This document shows, piece after piece, positions 1 to 8,547 of a stretch of DNA of 51,344 nucleotides. Where the stretch lies: positions 1-51,344 of the forward strand of contig JAJYIB010000001.1 of the NCBI GenBank assembly GCA_021790275.1, written 5' to 3'. The DNA is from a bacterium. Lineage in GTDB: Bacteria; Patescibacteriota; Minisyncoccia; UBA10092. Both the position numbers and the translations under genes were made by a program. How positions within the stretch are numbered: the first letter of the stretch is position 1; each line of letters opens with the position of its first letter. The notes under the pieces are model-generated. The model was not told the DNA's origin, ran no database searches, and saw nothing but the letters and a program-made list of their open reading frames with translations.

Positions 1-14
1 AAGAATAAAAATAA

Positions 15-185
15 ACCACCTCCATGCGAAGGGGCCAGGCACTATTTTAGACTTCCAAGGCGTCAGTGCCGTTCGCCCTGGAAGCTCCCTGTCATACTTC
101 CCCAGACCGGGAAACGTCTTTGGGGAAGCCCAACTGTTCGTAAAACTCACCCCGTCCGTTGGCGACTAAGAGGTTTTCTTTTTAC
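15..185 (-). ncRNA. candidate structured RNA, either a standalone sRNA or a riboswitch-type leader for a gene left of the window
   Basis: No credible ORF. A near-consensus promoter sits just upstream on the minus strand. Stems CUUCCCC/GGGGAAG and CUUCCAGGG/CCUUGGAAG; the second has a G.U pair only on the minus strand. Loop GGCACU can pair with downstream AGUGCC (pseudoknot). The A-rich 5' end pairs with the U-rich 3' tail. Confidence 0.45.
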
Positions 186-191
186 AGCTGT

Positions 192-220
192 ATATTATCA
201 TATAGCCAAAATTTTGTCAA
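192..220 (-). promoter_or_regulatory. sigma70-like promoter TTGACA-17nt-TAATAT
   Basis: The minus strand reads TTGACA (220-215), a 17-nt spacer, then TAATAT (197-192). Confidence 0.5.
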
Positions 221-287
221 TATGTCGGCAAAAAGTGATTTATGATAAAGTAAATCGTATTATTAGCCGTTTTTCACAAAAACAAAA

Positions 288-1145
288 ATGAAAACCATCA
301 CAGAAGGCAATTTAACGTGGTTTGATTTCGAAAACCCGACCCAAAAAGACCGCGATTGGCTAAAAAACAATTTCAATATCCAAAAGGAAAAAATCGAGCA
401 TATAAACGAATACTTATTTCTTGAAATGCGCGCGCCCATATTCCGCCAGGAGAAAAAAACGACGCAGTCGGTCGGTCTCGACATTTTCATCAATGAAAAT
501 CGTCTGATAACCGTCCATAACGAAGCGATTGAACCGCTTAAAAATTTTTTTAAAAAATGCGAAAAAAATCCCGAGCTGAAATCCAAATACTTCGGCCAAA
601 CGACCGGCCATCTTTTTTATTGGATAAGCGAAGAAATCCTCGATTTCGCCGAAAGACAGCTGGTTCATATCGGAAAAAATATCAATCGCGTGGAAGACAA
701 TATGTTCAAAGAAACGGAACGCAAACTCATTAAAGAAATATCTTTTATCAAAAGAGACATATTGGATTTCCGAATCGCCGTAAGGCCGCTCAGCAGGATT
801 TTCAACACTCTCATAAACAGAGGGATGAAATTCTGGCCGGAAAAAAGCGAAGATTTGAAAATTTATTTCAACGATCTTGTCGGCGACTATGAAAGAATTT
901 GGAGCGAAATAGACAATTACGCCGACACGATCAACGCGCTGGAAGATACCCATGCCAATTTGTTGAGCAATAAAACGAACAATATAATCAAAACTTTTAC
1001 GATTTTGTCGTTTATAACTTTTCCCGCGATACTGGTTTCGGATATTCTGGCGGCGAACGCGGCCGCCGTGTATACCATCGTCGGCGTTGTTTTGATAACG
1101 GCCGCATTCACCTGGATTTATTTCAAAACCAATAAATGGCTCTGA
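288..1145 (+). CDS. CorA-like divalent cation transporter, divergent, with no visible GMN motif
   Basis: 285-aa ORF with two C-terminal TM helices and a CorA-like tail (YFKTNKWL). The position where YGMNF is expected reads SDILAAN. Confidence 0.6.
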   Translation: MKTITEGNLTWFDFENPTQKDRDWLKNNFNIQKEKIEHINEYLFLEMRAPIFRQEKKTTQSVGLDIFINENRLITVHNEAIEPLKNFFKKCEKNPELKSKYFGQTTGHLFYWISEEILDFAERQLVHIGKNINRVEDNMFKETERKLIKEISFIKRDILDFRIAVRPLSRIFNTLINRGMKFWPEKSEDLKIYFNDLVGDYERIWSEIDNYADTINALEDTHANLLSNKTNNIIKTFTILSFITFPAILVSDILAANAAAVYTIVGVVLITAAFTWIYFKTNKWL

Positions 1146-2506
1146 AACTTTTTAATTTTTTAACGCGCAAAAAAGAAATCTTCAAACCGCTGGTTTCCGG
1201 ACGGGCGGGATTTTACGCCTGCGGACCGACGGTTTACGATTACGTTCATATCGGCAACCTGCGGACGTATATTTTCGAGGATGTTTTAAGACACGCGCTC
1301 GAATACGACGGTTATCGGGTAAAACATATAGTCAATATCACGGATGTCGAAGATAAAATTATCCGCGGCGCGCAAAAAGCCGGAAAACCGATTTCCGAAT
1401 TCGTCCGGCCGTACGAAAAAGCGTTTTTCGACGATTTGAAAGAATTGAATATCGAGCGCGCGTTCGAATATCCGAAAGCGACGGAAAACATTAAGGAAAT
1501 GATTGGCCTAATCGCCGCGCTTTTAAAAAAGGGTTTGGCTTACAAATCGGATGGTTCGGTGTATTTTGATATTTCCGAATTCAAAAAATACGGCCGGTTG
1601 TCGGAGTTGAAATCGCGGGAATTAAAGTCCGGCGCGCGCGTAAACGCCGACGAATACGATAAAACGAACGCGGAAGATTTTGTTTTATGGAAGGCGGCAA
1701 AAGCCGGCGAGCCGTTTTGGAATTCGCCGTTCGGCAAAGGCCGGCCCGGCTGGCACATCGAGTGCTCGGCGATGTCGATGAAATATCTCAACGCGACTTT
1801 CGACATCCACGGCGGCGCCGTCGATTTGATATTCCCCCATCACGAAAACGAAATCGCCCAGTCCGAAGGCGCCACCGGCAAGCCGTTCGCAAAATACTTC
1901 GTCGAAGGCGAACATTTGCTGATAAACGGCGAAAAAATGTCGAAATCTCTCGGTAATGTTTATAATCTCCGCGATCTCGAAGCGAAAAATTTCAATCCGC
2001 TCGCTTTTCGCTATCTCGTTTTAACCGCCCATTATCGATCAAAATTGAATTTTACTTGGGAAAGTCTGCGGGCGGCGCAAAACGCGCTGGAAAATCTGAC
2101 GGAAATCGTAAAAGAAATAAAAAATTCGGCGAAGGGCGCGCGGCCGGCCGGCGCGGCCGGCCGCGCCGAAGCGAAAAAATTTAAAAAAGAATTTTTGGCG
2201 GCCATAAACGACGATTTGGAAACGCCGGCCGCGCTGGCGATTTTATGGAAAGCGGCGAAATCGGAAAAATTAAGCGGGCGCGAAAAACTCGAACTGATTT
2301 TCAATTTCGACAAGGTGCTCGGACTGGAACTTGATAAAATAAAACCGGAAAAAATTCCGGCGGCTGTTTTAAAAATGGCAAACGAACGCGAAAAATATCG
2401 ACAAGAAAAAAACTTTGCCAAAGCCGACGAATTGCGCGAAAAAATCGAATCCCTCGGCTGGCTGACAGAAGATTCCCCATCCGGCCCGAAATTGAAAAAG
2501 AAATAA
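1136..2506 (+). CDS. cysS: cysteine--tRNA ligase
   Basis: HIGN (YVHIGNLR) and KMSKS motifs, and CysRS-like length. Overlaps the corA-like stop by 10 nt. Confidence 0.9.
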   Translation: MALKLFNFLTRKKEIFKPLVSGRAGFYACGPTVYDYVHIGNLRTYIFEDVLRHALEYDGYRVKHIVNITDVEDKIIRGAQKAGKPISEFVRPYEKAFFDDLKELNIERAFEYPKATENIKEMIGLIAALLKKGLAYKSDGSVYFDISEFKKYGRLSELKSRELKSGARVNADEYDKTNAEDFVLWKAAKAGEPFWNSPFGKGRPGWHIECSAMSMKYLNATFDIHGGAVDLIFPHHENEIAQSEGATGKPFAKYFVEGEHLLINGEKMSKSLGNVYNLRDLEAKNFNPLAFRYLVLTAHYRSKLNFTWESLRAAQNALENLTEIVKEIKNSAKGARPAGAAGRAEAKKFKKEFLAAINDDLETPAALAILWKAAKSEKLSGREKLELIFNFDKVLGLELDKIKPEKIPAAVLKMANEREKYRQEKNFAKADELREKIESLGWLTEDSPSGPKLKKK

Positions 2507-2510
2507 AAAA

Positions 2511-2538
2511 TTCCCCCGCTTCGCGGGGGAAATTTTTC
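2511..2538 (+). terminator. rho-independent terminator after cysS
   Basis: Perfect 9-bp stem TTCCCCCGC/GCGGGGGAA with a 3-nt loop, followed by ATTTTTC. Confidence 0.7.
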
Positions 2539-2669
2539 ATCCACATGTTTTCAACCGTTTCGATTTGCGGCAATCCTTTTTAGGAATTATATTGATTTCA
2601 CAGCCATTATTTTAGTCCCGGGGACAAATCAATTATTTTACTTACGTCCGACAGTTGCTAAATTGTTTT

Positions 2670-2697
2670 AAAATTTAGAATTTAGAATTTAAAATTC
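2670..2697 (+). promoter_or_regulatory. AT-rich tandem TAGAAT promoter-like motif upstream of dnaB
   Basis: AAAATTTAGAATTTAGAATTTAAAATTC lies 9 nt before the dnaB ATG. The same 21-mer recurs upstream of fba at 36026-36056. Confidence 0.4.
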
Positions 2698-2705
2698 ACC
2701 GAGAT

Positions 2706-4079
2706 ATGCCGTCGAAACCGTATTTAAAAAAATCATCGCAAATAGACCCGACCCGACTGCCGCCGCAGGATATCGAAGCCGAACAATCGGTTTTGGGCGC
2801 GCTTCTGATAGACAAAGACGCCATTGTGAAAATCGCCGATGTCATCGCCGCCGGCGATTTTTACCGCAAAGCCCACGAAATCATCTTCGAAGCGGTTGTC
2901 AGTTTGTATTCCAAAAACGAACCCATCGACCTTTTGACCGTTTCCAGCAAACTCAAAGAAAACAAAAAACTCAAAGACATCGGCGGAATGTCTTATCTGA
3001 CGACGCTTATGAATTTCGTGCCGACGGCATCGAACGTTGTCCACTACGCGAAAATCGTCAACCAAAAAAGAGTTTTGCGCGATTTGATAAGCGCATCGGG
3101 AGAAATCGCTTCGCTCGCTTGGGAAGAAAAAAAAGACATCGGTCAGATTCTCGACGAAGCGGAAAAAAAGATTTTCGGCGTTTCCCAGACATCTCTCGTG
3201 CAGGAATTCCAGCACATCAAGCCGCATCTTTCGGAAGCGTTCGAGAGATTCGACCGCCTGCACAAAGGCGACGACACCTGGCGCGGCATTCCGACCGGAT
3301 TTTTGGATTTGGACAAACATCTGGCCGGCTTGCAGAAATCGGATCTGATAATTCTCGCAGCGCGGCCGTCTTTCGGCAAAACGTCGCTCGCGCTGGACAT
3401 CGCAAGACACGCGGCGACGAATGAAAAAATCGCCGTCGGACTTTTCAGTTTGGAAATGTCAAAGCAACAGCTGATAGAGCGGCTAATCGCCGCGGAGGGT
3501 AATATCGATTTGTGGCGACTGCGCACCGGTCAGCTTTCGGATGAAGGAAAGGACAACGATTTTGAAAAAATCGGCCGCGCGCTCGACCGTTTGTCGTCGG
3601 CTCCGATTTATATCGACGACGCCGCCTCGCCGAATGTCTTGCAGATACGCACGATGGCGCGACGCTTGCAAGCCGAAAAAGGCCTCGATCTTTTGATAAT
3701 CGATTATTTGCAGTTGATGCAGGGCAGCGGCCGGATCGAAAACCGCACGCAGGAAGTCAGCGAAATTTCGAGATCGCTTAAAAATCTCGCGCGCGAATTG
3801 AACATTCCGGTCGTCGCCGTTTCCCAGCTGTCGCGCGCGCCCGAAGCCCGCACCGACCAAACGCCGAAATTGTCGGATTTGAGAGAATCCGGCGCCATCG
3901 AGCAGGATGCCGACGTCGTGATGTTCATCTACCGCGAAGACAAAGTCAAAAAAGAAACGGAAAGAAAAAATATCGCGGAAATTCACATCGCCAAGCACCG
4001 CAACGGTCCGACCGGCAAAATCGAATTGTATTTCAACGAGGATTATGTCAGTTTCAGAAATCTCGATAAACTGCATTAA
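2706..4079 (+). CDS. dnaB: replicative DNA helicase DnaB
   Basis: N-terminal PPQDIEAEQSVLG motif, Walker A (ARPSFGKTS) and LFSLEMS. 457 aa. Confidence 0.92.
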   Translation: MPSKPYLKKSSQIDPTRLPPQDIEAEQSVLGALLIDKDAIVKIADVIAAGDFYRKAHEIIFEAVVSLYSKNEPIDLLTVSSKLKENKKLKDIGGMSYLTTLMNFVPTASNVVHYAKIVNQKRVLRDLISASGEIASLAWEEKKDIGQILDEAEKKIFGVSQTSLVQEFQHIKPHLSEAFERFDRLHKGDDTWRGIPTGFLDLDKHLAGLQKSDLIILAARPSFGKTSLALDIARHAATNEKIAVGLFSLEMSKQQLIERLIAAEGNIDLWRLRTGQLSDEGKDNDFEKIGRALDRLSSAPIYIDDAASPNVLQIRTMARRLQAEKGLDLLIIDYLQLMQGSGRIENRTQEVSEISRSLKNLARELNIPVVAVSQLSRAPEARTDQTPKLSDLRESGAIEQDADVVMFIYREDKVKKETERKNIAEIHIAKHRNGPTGKIELYFNEDYVSFRNLDKLH

Positions 4080-4227
4080 GCAATCGAGCAAAATGGAAAT
4101 AAAAATAATCAAAGACGCAATATCGAAAAAGGAATTGAAAAAAATCGCCGAAAATCAATAAATATCGAAAGTTTGCAAATTCAAAGAAAAATCAGAGACA
4201 TAATCAGCAAAATGATTTTATAATTTT

Positions 4228-4560
4228 ATGGAAGCGCAACATAAAAATCTGGCGGCCGGCGGCTGGCAAAAAATGTCTTTTCGCGAACAGATGGGCAATA
4301 TCGGCGGCGAGATAAATCGCGCGCTGTACTGGCGTGGCAAAGACGGAAAATTGCGCGACGATTCGCTTATTCGCGCCTTCGAACTTTTGGATTTGACGAT
4401 CGCCGATTCGAGATGGCGATTGCATTTGAAAGAGTTGACTAGAGTTCGTGAAGTTTTGTCTGACGCAACGCTTGGCGGCGGAGAATATGGTTCGACTTTA
4501 GAAGATTTGGACCGATATTTTTTTCATTTTGCGTTCGCCGCCCGAATTAATCGCCAATAA
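4228..4560 (+). CDS. hypothetical protein
   Basis: 110-aa ORF with host-like composition. I do not recognise a family. Confidence 0.45.
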   Translation: MEAQHKNLAAGGWQKMSFREQMGNIGGEINRALYWRGKDGKLRDDSLIRAFELLDLTIADSRWRLHLKELTRVREVLSDATLGGGEYGSTLEDLDRYFFHFAFAARINRQ

Positions 4561-4571
4561 AATAAACCATT

Positions 4572-5207
4572 ATGTATCCGAAACCGATACAAGATTTCAT
4601 AGACAATTTTGCGAAACTTCCGGGAATCGGGCCGCGCCAGGCGGCGCGGCTGGCTTTTTGGCTTTTGAACGACAAGAAAAATACCCGAGAAAATTTAAAG
4701 CGCGCGCTCGAAGGATTGGACAAAGAAGTCAAAACCTGCAAATTTTGCCATTTTGCCATCGAAAACCTGCCTGCCGGCAGGCAGGCGCCGGAAAGCAAAT
4801 GCCCGTTTTGCGATAATCCCGCGCGCGACCGCAAAACGATTTGCGTCGTCGAAAAAGAAACCGATCTCGCCACAATCGAAAAATCCGGAGTGTACAAAGG
4901 ACTGTATCATGTTTTGGGCGGCCTTTTTTCCGCGCTCGATATCGCTATTCCCAAAAATCTCAAAATTCCCGAACTCGTCGAAAGAATTTCCGGCCGGACC
5001 GGCAAAGAAAAAATAGAAGAAGTGATTTTGGCGATTTCGCCGACGCACGAAGGCGACCTGACAGCGCGTTATCTGGAAAGATTGTTAAAGCCGCTCAAAA
5101 TAAAAACGACGCGCATCGGACGCGGTTTGCCGTACGGATCCGAAGTCGAATTCGCCGACGCCAAAACGCTATCGGGCGCGCTCGAATCGAGAAAAGAAAT
5201 AAAATAA
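4572..5207 (+). CDS. recR: recombination protein RecR
   Basis: HhH (LPGIGPRQAARLAF), a CxxC...CxxC zinc finger and a Toprim-like VVEKETD motif. Confidence 0.88.
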   Translation: MYPKPIQDFIDNFAKLPGIGPRQAARLAFWLLNDKKNTRENLKRALEGLDKEVKTCKFCHFAIENLPAGRQAPESKCPFCDNPARDRKTICVVEKETDLATIEKSGVYKGLYHVLGGLFSALDIAIPKNLKIPELVERISGRTGKEKIEEVILAISPTHEGDLTARYLERLLKPLKIKTTRIGRGLPYGSEVEFADAKTLSGALESRKEIK

Positions 5208-5224
5208 CCCTCGCGATACGGAGG

Positions 5225-5533
5225 TTATTTTATCGACGATATTTCGATTTCCGTAAAATGCTGGCGATGGCCGGCTTTTTTTCTGTATCGGGTTTTCGAG
5301 TGATAATGGAAAACGACGATTTTTTTCGATCGCCCCTGTTTTAAAACCTTGCCCAAAACTTTCGCGCCTTCAACCGAAGGCATACCGATTTTTACATCCT
5401 TGCCGGCTATGAGCAAAACTTCGCCGAATTCGACATTGTCGCCTTCGGCCGTATCGATTTTGCCGATCTTAAGCTTGTCGCCTTCTTTGACGATATATTG
5501 TTTGCCGCCCGTTTTTATAACCGCGAATTTCAT
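5225..5533 (-). CDS. rplU: 50S ribosomal protein L21
   Basis: MKFAVIKTGGKQYIVKEGDKL is the typical L21 N-terminus. The start was moved from the ORF-track 5608 to the internal ATG at 5533. Confidence 0.88.
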   Translation of the reverse strand: MKFAVIKTGGKQYIVKEGDKLKIGKIDTAEGDNVEFGEVLLIAGKDVKIGMPSVEGAKVLGKVLKQGRSKKIVVFHYHSKTRYRKKAGHRQHFTEIEISSIK

Positions 5534-5617
5534 AATAGTCGGAATATACAATAATTTCCGGCGTTTCGTCAAATAAAATCCCGCATGAATTTTAATGCGG
5601 GGGGACATTTTTAAGGT

Positions 5618-5899
5618 TCAACCTCCAAACGAAGTTCGAAAGCATCTACATTTTTCACAATAATACCCAATGCAACCGCAGGGTATCATTTTTTTTGTTC
5701 TACTGCTGCGATCAAATAATAATAGCAGTGGGAAAATGTCCTTTGCTCTATAAGCAATTACGCGGCGCATAAACTGGCCACAGTGCCAATGAAAAAAACT
5801 TCTTGAACCCAGCTTTTGTTTATAGTCGGGTTCTACTTGAAACACAAAATTATCAATTGTTACCATTAAAATCTCCTTTTTTAGCTTTATTTTTACCAT
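5618..5899 (-). CDS. small Cys/His-rich hypothetical protein
   Basis: AT-rich islet. Two in-frame ATGs (5899 and 5866) are each preceded by AAGGAG. HWHCG and CGCIGYYCEKCRC motifs suggest metal binding. Confidence 0.4.
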   Translation of the reverse strand: MVKIKLKKEILMVTIDNFVFQVEPDYKQKLGSRSFFHWHCGQFMRRVIAYRAKDIFPLLLLFDRSSRTKKMIPCGCIGYYCEKCRCFRTSFGG

Positions 5900-6042
5900 T
5901 TTTCTCCTTAAAAAGGAGATAAAATTTCTAAATTTAAAAGACCAAGTAACCCAAATTGGGTTTATCTTAACACATATAATTTTTTTTGCAAGCACTAAAT
6001 ACTGCTAATCTTACACAAGATATAGAGAGTAAAGTATATTTT

Positions 6043-6408
6043 TTACTTATTTATCAGATACAAAGCGATGCCGGCGATAAAAAGAAAAAACTGCGCCAAT
6101 ACGGAAGTAGAAGACAAAAAATAAGACAAAGCGCGGTCTTTTTTCCAAAATTCGGCGGCCAGTAAAAAATTCACCAGGAAAATAATCAAACCGACGGCCG
6201 GCAGAATAAAAACGCTGCGGACTTCGCCGAAATAATCCGCTCCCCCGCCGACATTGTAATGCAAAACGACCGGAATGCCGCTTTGCCTGACAAAAAATCT
6301 AAGAAACAAAAAAAGAGCGGCGACAAGAATCAAAGCCGAGGCCGATAATATCCTGTTCGTTTTGTTATTAAAAAATTCTTTCATAATTATAAAAGCGGCC
6401 GCGTTCAA
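6043..6408 (-). CDS. membrane protein, hypothetical
   Basis: 121 aa with 3-4 hydrophobic helices. Overlaps the upstream gene's stop by 4 nt. Confidence 0.5.
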   Translation of the reverse strand: MNAAAFIIMKEFFNNKTNRILSASALILVAALFLFLRFFVRQSGIPVVLHYNVGGGADYFGEVRSVFILPAVGLIIFLVNFLLAAEFWKKDRALSYFLSSTSVLAQFFLFIAGIALYLINK

Positions 6409-7250
6409 ATTTTAAAAATAACCGCCAGGGCGAATCCCAAAATCGAAAAAACGGCAAGCGGCGGCAAAGCCGGCATCGGTTTCCGCACTTTTTGGGAAAT
6501 AAAAATCAAATGCATAAACAAAAGCCCGACCAGCGAAAAACCGAAAACAAGCCATGCGGCGCCGACACTTACGGCGTATGCCGAAGCGGCCATAATAATC
6601 GGAAAAACAAAATCGCCGGTGCCGAGCATCATAAATCCTTCGCCCGGACGCGCTTCATTGAGCCGCGCGCCGAATCCGCGCCAATGTTCGGGAAAAATCA
6701 TCGCAAAAATCGCCCTGTCGGCGATCATTGCTTTCGCCATTTTTACCATATGTTTGGTTTTATAAACCGCGATGTAATCGTAAACCGCCATAAAAATCAA
6801 AATAACGACGGCCGCCCAGGGATTTATCGAAACGCCCAAAAACGCGGCGATGCCAGGCAAAGTCAGAATCAATATCAGATCGTGAAGCCAGACGTACGGC
6901 CAGATTATGTAAAAAATGATTAAAATCAAAGAAAAAATAAGCGGCAAATTGCCCGGCAAAAAAACGCCGAGTGTTATCAATACGCCCGAAAAAATCGCGA
7001 AAAGAAAAAACAGCCGCAAAAAAAATCCGCCGTGCGAAATACGGGTAAGCCCCAAAATAATCGCCGTGCCGATGCCGAAAGCAAACACAAACTGCCACCA
7101 AGGAAGCGCGGCCGGCGCGGTCGCGGAAGCGCCGGCGGCCCATCCCGATTGGCGAATCGCGCCGGCCGAAAAAACTCCGATAACGCCGACCAAACCGAAA
7201 GCCGCCAACTCCTGCAAAAACATTTTAAAATTCAAGCCGCGCGGAATCAT
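6405..7250 (-). CDS. presenilin/signal-peptide-peptidase-like intramembrane aspartyl protease (A22-type)
   Basis: Polytopic membrane protein with the ordered motifs YD (MAVYDYIAVY), GxGD (MLGTGDFVFP) and PAL (PMPALPPL). The start was set to an internal ATG to avoid overlap with 7252-7563. Confidence 0.65.
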   Translation of the reverse strand: MIPRGLNFKMFLQELAAFGLVGVIGVFSAGAIRQSGWAAGASATAPAALPWWQFVFAFGIGTAIILGLTRISHGGFFLRLFFLFAIFSGVLITLGVFLPGNLPLIFSLILIIFYIIWPYVWLHDLILILTLPGIAAFLGVSINPWAAVVILIFMAVYDYIAVYKTKHMVKMAKAMIADRAIFAMIFPEHWRGFGARLNEARPGEGFMMLGTGDFVFPIIMAASAYAVSVGAAWLVFGFSLVGLLFMHLIFISQKVRKPMPALPPLAVFSILGFALAVIFKI

Positions 7251-7251
7251 A

Positions 7252-7563
7252 TTATAGTTTTCGAACGGAGCGATAAAAAAACACGGCAATCGGAACGCCG
7301 ACGATAATCATCGCCAAATCGAGCGCCGCGTCTCTTTGCCGCTGGCTCGTTTGATTGGCGTCGCAAACTATTTTTTGATCAATGTCTATACCTTTCGCCG
7401 CCGGAGCGGGCGCGGCCATCGGCTGAACATAGCAATTTTGATCCGCTTTGGTGAACACATAGGTTCTTAGTCCCAAATTCAAAATGCCCACCAAACCGAT
7501 AATGCTTACAACAAAAGCGACAAGAGCGAACAGCCACTTAAAAATTATTCCGATTTTACTCAT
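7252..7563 (-). CDS. small membrane protein, hypothetical
   Basis: 103 aa with an N-terminal TM helix and a C-terminal TM helix. Confidence 0.45.
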   Translation of the reverse strand: MSKIGIIFKWLFALVAFVVSIIGLVGILNLGLRTYVFTKADQNCYVQPMAAPAPAAKGIDIDQKIVCDANQTSQRQRDAALDLAMIIVGVPIAVFFYRSVRKL

Positions 7564-7762
7564 TTTGGATTTTTAATAATTATATGCGCATCGATTAAAG
7601 AAAAGCAAAACTTTCTGATCGGCTTTCGCACTCAATCGCGCGGGGTGGGGCTTGACTTCGGCTCGTGGGCAAAATCTAAATTGAAATTCTGTTATATGAT
7701 TTTGAAGGTCAGTTATGTTTTAAACAATTTTCTATTACTTTTGATTGTTTTGTAAGATTCTT

Positions 7763-8479
7763 TTAAAAATTCATCGAAGTTTTTTCCTTTCCGACAATTT
7801 TTTTGTATAAATCGGACAAATGTTTTGGAGCGGTTTTATCGCCTATTTTTATTTTCTCGTGTGCGGGATAAAAAACCGCTCTTTGTTTTAATAATTTTTG
7901 GATTCGAAAATCGTTTAAAATAATCGGAGCGATAATTTCGCTGAGGTGCCATTCAATGTGCGGAGATTCAAATTTTTTACTATCCATTTTGGGGTATAAT
8001 TTTTTCCACTTTTCAAAATATAAGAAATGGCAAGATTCATGCATAATAACCTCCATCGCATGAGATATTTTTTTATAATTATAAAAAATAGAAAAACTCC
8101 AACCGTTTAAAAACCTGTGGCAGATTGGATTTATAGAAATCATAGCCCTAATCGTTTTTCTGTTTTTAGGCCAATCGATTTGTAAAATTTCCGCAAGTGC
8201 GACAAAAAAGTCTCTTTCAATTTTTTGCCATTCTTTTTGGTATATCGTTTTCTTTGTTTCTATCAGTTTCTGATTCTTAATTTTAAATTTAACGATATAT
8301 CTTCTCAAGAATTCAATCCGTTCGGCTTCGGTTTTAAAATAAAAAACCTTTTTAATTTCAGGATGTTTTTTAATGATATATTTACCCCAACCCCATTTAT
8401 CTTGAAACAAAAAACCATATATCCAGTCAATTTCTTTGGATAAGGGGAAGTCGGTAAATTTTACCTTAGGCGTATTCAT
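7763..8479 (-). CDS. hypothetical protein with an HExxH motif
   Basis: 238-aa ORF much more AT-rich than its neighbours. It contains MHESCH, a possible zincin motif. Confidence 0.45.
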   Translation of the reverse strand: MNTPKVKFTDFPLSKEIDWIYGFLFQDKWGWGKYIIKKHPEIKKVFYFKTEAERIEFLRRYIVKFKIKNQKLIETKKTIYQKEWQKIERDFFVALAEILQIDWPKNRKTIRAMISINPICHRFLNGWSFSIFYNYKKISHAMEVIMHESCHFLYFEKWKKLYPKMDSKKFESPHIEWHLSEIIAPIILNDFRIQKLLKQRAVFYPAHEKIKIGDKTAPKHLSDLYKKIVGKEKTSMNF

Positions 8480-8502
8480 AAATAAATTTTATCATTTTAG
8501 AG

Positions 8503-8542
8503 CCAAAAAATAAAGCCCAATCAAAGCTGAAATGATTGGGCT
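8503..8542 (-). terminator. rho-independent terminator after the SPASM fragment
   Basis: 10-bp stem AGCCCAATCA/TGATTGGGCT followed by a U-tract on the minus strand. Confidence 0.6.
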
Positions 8543-8547
8543 GAAAT

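Noticed and set aside
1-287. A plus-strand Mg2+ riboswitch (M-box) as the 5' leader of the corA-like gene.
   Set aside because: The only strand-informative pair is G.U on the minus strand and A.C on plus. The consensus promoter and the U-tract terminator are also on the minus strand. No convincing plus-strand terminator precedes corA. Some M-box-like strings appear on the minus strand, so that idea is kept as a low-confidence hypothesis in the findings.
4093-4161. 22-codon ORF MEIKIIKDAISKKELKKIAENQ after dnaB. It resembles the N-terminus of a small protein family I associate with CPR genomes.
   Set aside because: It is too short to assess and stops after 22 codons. At best it is a gene remnant, and this cannot be supported without a database search.
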